A stretch of DNA of 64,000 nucleotides from Acidobacteriota bacterium (GTDB lineage Bacteria; Acidobacteriota; Vicinamibacteria; Vicinamibacterales; UBA8438): NCBI GenBank assembly GCA_011523845.1, contig WTFV01000225.1, positions 8,747 to 72,746 on the forward strand, written 5' to 3'. The first letter of the stretch is position 1, and every line of letters starts with the position of its first letter. This document shows, one piece after another, positions 59,904 to 64,000 of this stretch. Below the pieces are notes generated by a model that searched no databases, was not told where the DNA came from, and was given only the letters and a program-made list of their open reading frames with translations. The translations under genes and the position numbers were made by a program.

Positions 59904-61361
59904 TCAACCGCGCCGGCTGCTCCCGGCCGCACCCGCACGGTTCCACCACGTCCATCCGGCGACCGCCGCGACCATCCCGTACTCCAGCGGCTCCACCCAG
60001 ACCGGCAATACCCACCCGTCGCCGGCCAGGTGCGGGGTCCAGACGGTGTAGGTCAGCATCGAGGCCAGCGTCCAGGCGACCAGCGGCCAGTTGACGGCCG
60101 GGGCGAGAAACGGAATCAGCCAGACGAAGTACCACGGGTAGACGGCCGGCGCCAGGCAGAGCGTGACGGCCAGCGGCCAGGCCCAGGCCGCCGCGTCGTC
60201 GCGGCCGCGGGTCCGCCGCGCGTGCACGGCCATGGCCAGTCCCGCCGCGACGGCGAGCGCGATGACCGGCGCGGTGCCGGTCGCCGCGGCCAGCCACCGG
60301 AAGAGCGGCCCGTTGAACCGCCACTGCGCCAGGTAGGTGTCGAGCGATCCGATCGGAAGCCGCCCCCCGTCGAGGAAGGGCATGTACAGGAGCACGACCA
60401 GCAGCGCCCCGACCGCCGCGTCGGCCAGCCGGATCCGCCTCCACAGCAGCGGCGCCAGCACCAGCGGCAGGAACTTGACGGCGAACGCGCCCGCGAAGCC
60501 GACCGCCGCCAGGAGCGAACGGCGGCGGGAGAGCGCGCAGGCCGCCGCCACCAGCAGCAACGTGCCGGCCACGTCGACGTGGGCCCCGCCGGCTCCTTCC
60601 AGCGCAACCAGCGGATGCCAGGCGTAGGCGAGGACCCACCACGGACCGCGGCCCGTCGCCGCGAGCCAGCGCCAGATCAGGCCGACGAGCAGCAGGTCGC
60701 AGGCCAGCACGGCGACGGCCATCGCCGGCACCGACTCGTGCAGCGACGTCACGCCGAGAAAGAAGCGCTGGGCGAGGGGAGGGTAGATGGAGGGCAGGAC
60801 GGCGCTCGTCGGATCGATCCGCCGGGTCAGGTCCGTGTGCAGGTGCGCCAGGGCGGGATCGGCCGGCGCGGTCTCCAGGGGATTGAGGCCGTGCTGCTGC
60901 ACGCGCCCGTCCCAGACGTAGCGGTAGACGTCGTCCGAGACGAGCGGCGCGGATCCGAGCAGGATCACGCGCCAGACGAGGGCGAGGAGCAGGCAGGCGG
61001 CCAGGGCCGGGAAGCCGGCCGGCCGGCCCGGTCCGCAGGCAGCGAGCCGGTCGAGCAACCGGAGCGCCGCGACGTAGGCGAGCGACGCGACGCCGAGCAG
61101 CGCCACGAACGCCTCGGCCTGCCGGCGCGCGTCGAGCGCCGCCGCGGCGGCCAGCGCAATCAGCAGCACGACCCCGCAGGCCAGGATTCGTCTCCGCACC
61201 GACTCGTCGGCCGACCCGCCGCCACCGAGCAGCAACTGGACCACCCGCGCACCGACGATGAACAGCACGACGAACGCCTCGGCCTGCCAGCGCGATTCGA
61301 GGCTGGCCGCGACCAGCGCCGCCAGCAGCGCGACGCCCAGGACCACGAGCCTCCAGCTCAT
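59904..61361 (-). CDS. GT-C type membrane glycosyltransferase (GT87/DUF2029-like)
   Basis: SDDVYRYVWDG, SIYPP, YAWHPL, AVKFLP, VYPWY. Confidence 0.82.
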   Translation of the reverse strand: MSWRLVVLGVALLAALVAASLESRWQAEAFVVLFIVGARVVQLLLGGGGSADESVRRRILACGVVLLIALAAAAALDARRQAEAFVALLGVASLAYVAALRLLDRLAACGPGRPAGFPALAACLLLALVWRVILLGSAPLVSDDVYRYVWDGRVQQHGLNPLETAPADPALAHLHTDLTRRIDPTSAVLPSIYPPLAQRFFLGVTSLHESVPAMAVAVLACDLLLVGLIWRWLAATGRGPWWVLAYAWHPLVALEGAGGAHVDVAGTLLLVAAACALSRRRSLLAAVGFAGAFAVKFLPLVLAPLLWRRIRLADAAVGALLVVLLYMPFLDGGRLPIGSLDTYLAQWRFNGPLFRWLAAATGTAPVIALAVAAGLAMAVHARRTRGRDDAAAWAWPLAVTLCLAPAVYPWYFVWLIPFLAPAVNWPLVAWTLASMLTYTVWTPHLAGDGWVLPVWVEPLEYGMVAAVAGWTWWNRAGAAGSSRRG

Positions 61362-62122
61362 CGCCCCTCGTGCACGCCGACCGTCGAAGCACGGCGCGCC
61401 GGCGCGGCCGGGCGCGGGCCGTAGTACCACCGCGCGAGCCGCTCGGGGGCCACCCCGGCGGCGTAGAGGCCCAGCAGCGCGAGGTTCAGCGCCGTTCTGC
61501 GAAACCACCCGTCGCGCTCCCAGCGACGCGCCGACACCCGGACCGGCACGTTCGGGAACCAGAGGCGTCCCCGGCGGCGCAGCCGTCCGATGAAGTCGAC
61601 GTCCTCCATCAGCCCCAGCGGCCGGTAGCCTCCCAGGGCGTCGAACCCGGCGCGACGGACGAAGATGGCCTGGTCGCCGTACGGCAGCCGCAGCCGGCGC
61701 GTGCGGATCGCCACGCCGCGTTCGATGACGCGGGCCGCCCAGTGCGGCGAGGCGAGGGTCAGCCGATAAGCGCCCCCGGCGACGTCCGGCCGCTCGTCGA
61801 CCTCGGCAAGCGCGGACAGCCAGCCGGCGCCGAGGCGGGCGTCGGCATGCAGGAACAGGAGCCAGCGGCCGGACGAAGCGCGGGCGCCGGCGTTCATCTG
61901 GCGGCCCCGGCCGGGCTCGCTGTCGATCCACCGCACCGCGGCGAATCGCCGGCGCAGCGCCTGCAGCGAGCGATCGGCGGCGTCCCCGTTGACGACGACG
62001 ACCTCGACGCGCGCGTCGAGGCGGTCCGCCGCCAGTGCGTCGAGCAACCCGGCGAGCTGCGGGGTATCCCGGTACACGGGAACGACGATCGAGACGAGCG
62101 GCCGGGAACCGTCCGGGGGCAC
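61358..62122 (-). CDS. GT2 glycosyltransferase, TIGR04283-like
   Basis: VSIVVPV, GRGRQMNAGA, LLFLHAD, PYGDQAIF, LMED, SARRW. Confidence 0.9.
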   Translation of the reverse strand: MPPDGSRPLVSIVVPVYRDTPQLAGLLDALAADRLDARVEVVVVNGDAADRSLQALRRRFAAVRWIDSEPGRGRQMNAGARASSGRWLLFLHADARLGAGWLSALAEVDERPDVAGGAYRLTLASPHWAARVIERGVAIRTRRLRLPYGDQAIFVRRAGFDALGGYRPLGLMEDVDFIGRLRRRGRLWFPNVPVRVSARRWERDGWFRRTALNLALLGLYAAGVAPERLARWYYGPRPAAPARRASTVGVHEGR

Positions 62123-62242
62123 CGCCGACAGGGTATCAGGCGGACGCGACCGCGGGCGGCCAGGAGTCCGCGCCGTGGAACGGTGCGGACTCCTGGAGGG
62201 TTGGTTGGGCGCCAGGCGGAACCGTAGGCGACGATCGGCGGG

Positions 62243-62902
62243 CTACGACAACCCGAGGAAGCGCGCCGACTCCGACCAGACCCGCTCGAGACTGGCGCCG
62301 AGCTGGTGATCGTCGTCCAGCACGATCAGGGTCACGTGCGCCCGGGCCGCGGCGTAACGGGCGACCCTGTCCGGATCGACCACGTCGTCGCGGCTCCCCT
62401 GCAGCACGAGGGTGGGAACGGCCCGCCGCGCCGCGAACGCGTCGTAGCGCTGCGCGTCGCGGAACAGCTCGTAGTGCACGCGCGCCGGCTCGCCGGAAGC
62501 GTAGTGGGTCAGCTCCCACCAGCCGGTATCGCGCCAGCGGGCCATGCCGGCCGCTCCCAGATCGCCCACCGGCCGGCGGCCGAAGTCGAGCGCCGGGGCC
62601 AGAAGGACGAGGCGCGTTATCGGCTGCTTCGTCCTCGCCGGAGCCCGCTCGGCCACCTGCAGGGCCACGAAGGCGCCGAGGCTCGAGCCGAACAGCACCA
62701 CCGGCCCCGCCGGCAGCCCGGCGATCAGCGACTCCGTTTGCTCGATCATGCGCGTCGCCGTCAGCGTCGAGAAATCCGGCGCGTTCAGATCCGGGCAATG
62801 GAACGGGACGCCGTGCGCGGCGAGCCGCCGCTCCACGAACCCGGCCTTCGACGATGCCGGGGACGACGCGAACCCGTGCAGGTAGACGACGTGCGGCGTC
62901 AC
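62243..62902 (-). CDS. YqiA/YcfP (UPF0227) alpha/beta hydrolase
   Basis: YLHGFASSP.S.K, GSSLG, DDVV, DDDHQL; GTGA overlap with the SET gene. Confidence 0.9.
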   Translation of the reverse strand: MTPHVVYLHGFASSPASSKAGFVERRLAAHGVPFHCPDLNAPDFSTLTATRMIEQTESLIAGLPAGPVVLFGSSLGAFVALQVAERAPARTKQPITRLVLLAPALDFGRRPVGDLGAAGMARWRDTGWWELTHYASGEPARVHYELFRDAQRYDAFAARRAVPTLVLQGSRDDVVDPDRVARYAAARAHVTLIVLDDDHQLGASLERVWSESARFLGLS

Positions 62903-63408
62903 AGTCGATACGGACAACCCGGCCGGCAGCGGCACGGGATCTCGCCGTCCCCTTCGGTGTTGTAGTGGAAGGTCAGCTCCTCGCCCGCCGCGATGTTGCG
63001 CGCGGCGACGATCCAGATCGTGTCGACGACGACGGCCGCGTAGCAGTTCGGCCTGCAGGAGTGGTTGATGAACCGCGAAAGATTGCCGCCGACGTATCCG
63101 TCCCGCACGAACAGGTGGTTGATCCGGAAGCACCAGATCTCGCCCCGGGTGAGGTAGCGATCCTCGCGCTCGAGGCTGTCGCGCACGCGGAGCTTCTCGC
63201 CCGCGTAGTGGATGATTCGCTTGTTCTTGTTGATGTCCTCGAGCGCGAAGACCCCCCAGCCGTGCAGCTTCGACCGCTTCCGCCGGATCCGCGGAAAGTA
63301 CAGCCCCGTGGCGTACGGATCCGAGTGATCGCGGGGCCGTCGGGGGACCGCGCGCGTCCCCGCCTCCGGCCGGCGGCCGCGTCCGGCCGCTCTGGTTGCT
63401 TCCGTCAT
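62899..63408 (-). CDS. SET-domain protein-lysine methyltransferase
   Basis: HGWGVFA, RFINHSCRPN, GEELTFHY, post-SET CRCRPGC. Confidence 0.92.
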   Translation of the reverse strand: MTEATRAAGRGRRPEAGTRAVPRRPRDHSDPYATGLYFPRIRRKRSKLHGWGVFALEDINKNKRIIHYAGEKLRVRDSLEREDRYLTRGEIWCFRINHLFVRDGYVGGNLSRFINHSCRPNCYAAVVVDTIWIVAARNIAAGEELTFHYNTEGDGEIPCRCRPGCPYRL

Positions 63409-63455
63409 GCCGCCGATTCCCGGGAGCCCCGTGTGGTGTGCCCGGATCGCTGGTT

Positions 63456-63621
63456 GACAGCCCGTGGCAATGTCCCCGCTGCATTCAAGCGGCGATGCAT
63501 CCCGCCTGACCGCGTTGTTCGTCGGTTACATATGCCCAATATGCGCCCTCCTCACGCCGGGTACCGGGTGTCGGGGCGCCTTGCCGCACTCGGTGCGACG
63601 CGCGGTTCACCACGGGCTGTC
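63456..63621 (+). mobile_element. MITE-like family B copy with perfect 12-bp TIRs
   Basis: GACAGCCCGTGG ... CCACGGGCTGTC, 166 bp. Confidence 0.82.
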
Positions 63622-63723
63622 GAGGAACGCCCGTGCGGCCTATTGTAGCCGGGCCGGGAACCTGCGCCCTCAGGACCGCGCGGACGGGCGCCGGCCGGAG
63701 GCGCGCATCTATAATGCCGGCCG

Positions 63724-64000
63724 ATGCCCGCCTGGTGCGAAGAGCCGCCGCCCCCGCTGCTCCTGGCCGGCGTGCAGCAGTTCAACCGCGGCGAGTTCTT
63801 CGAGCAACACGAGACGCTGGAGGACCTCTGGCGGGAGGAGACGCGCGAGGTGCGCCGCCTGTATCAGGGGATCCTGCAGATCGGCGTCGCGATGTACCAC
63901 GTCACGCGCCGCAACCACCACGGCGCCGTCTACATGCTGACCCGCGGACCCGCGTATCTCCGCCCGTTCGCCCCGGCCTGCCAGACGGTCGACGTGGCGG
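63724..64000 (+). CDS. DUF309 domain protein (runs off window)
   Basis: GVQQFNRGEFFEQHETLEDLW..YQGILQIGVAMYH; TATAAT 8 nt upstream. Confidence 0.88.
   Translation, partial: MPAWCEEPPPPLLLAGVQQFNRGEFFEQHETLEDLWREETREVRRLYQGILQIGVAMYHVTRRNHHGAVYMLTRGPAYLRPFAPACQTVDVA

Overview
High-GC (about 70% by eye) bacterial chromosome segment. The gene content points to an Acidobacteriota (Vicinamibacteria-like) genome, possibly host-associated; this is an inference from the ADOP permease plus PadR, the DUF1592/DUF1552/ankyrin trio, PQQ dehydrogenases and carboxypeptidase-domain TonB receptors. It holds three tRNAs (Arg-TCG, Arg-CCG, Lys-CTT), an actinobacterial-style furA-katG unit, xth, alkB, msrPQ, two TonB receptors, glycosyltransferases and six toxin-antitoxin modules (two broken). 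Most notable: (1) an uncharacterised two-gene P-loop ATPase plus TPR protein with near-identical 123-bp repeats, resembling a split NLR-like sensor; (2) a tetraether-lipid-synthase (Tes)-like radical SAM gene with an operator-like palindrome; (3) a DUF2946-type CxxC/RAPP leader upstream of a His-rich TonB receptor; (4) an ABC-ATPase plus TOPRIM pair; (5) three tandem secreted two-Cys paralogs behind katG; (6) three families of dispersed MITE/REP-like elements that overlap start and stop codons and promoters; (7) recurrent ~70-80 bp local duplications, often of gene ends and promoters. Family assignments come from motif recognition, not database searches.
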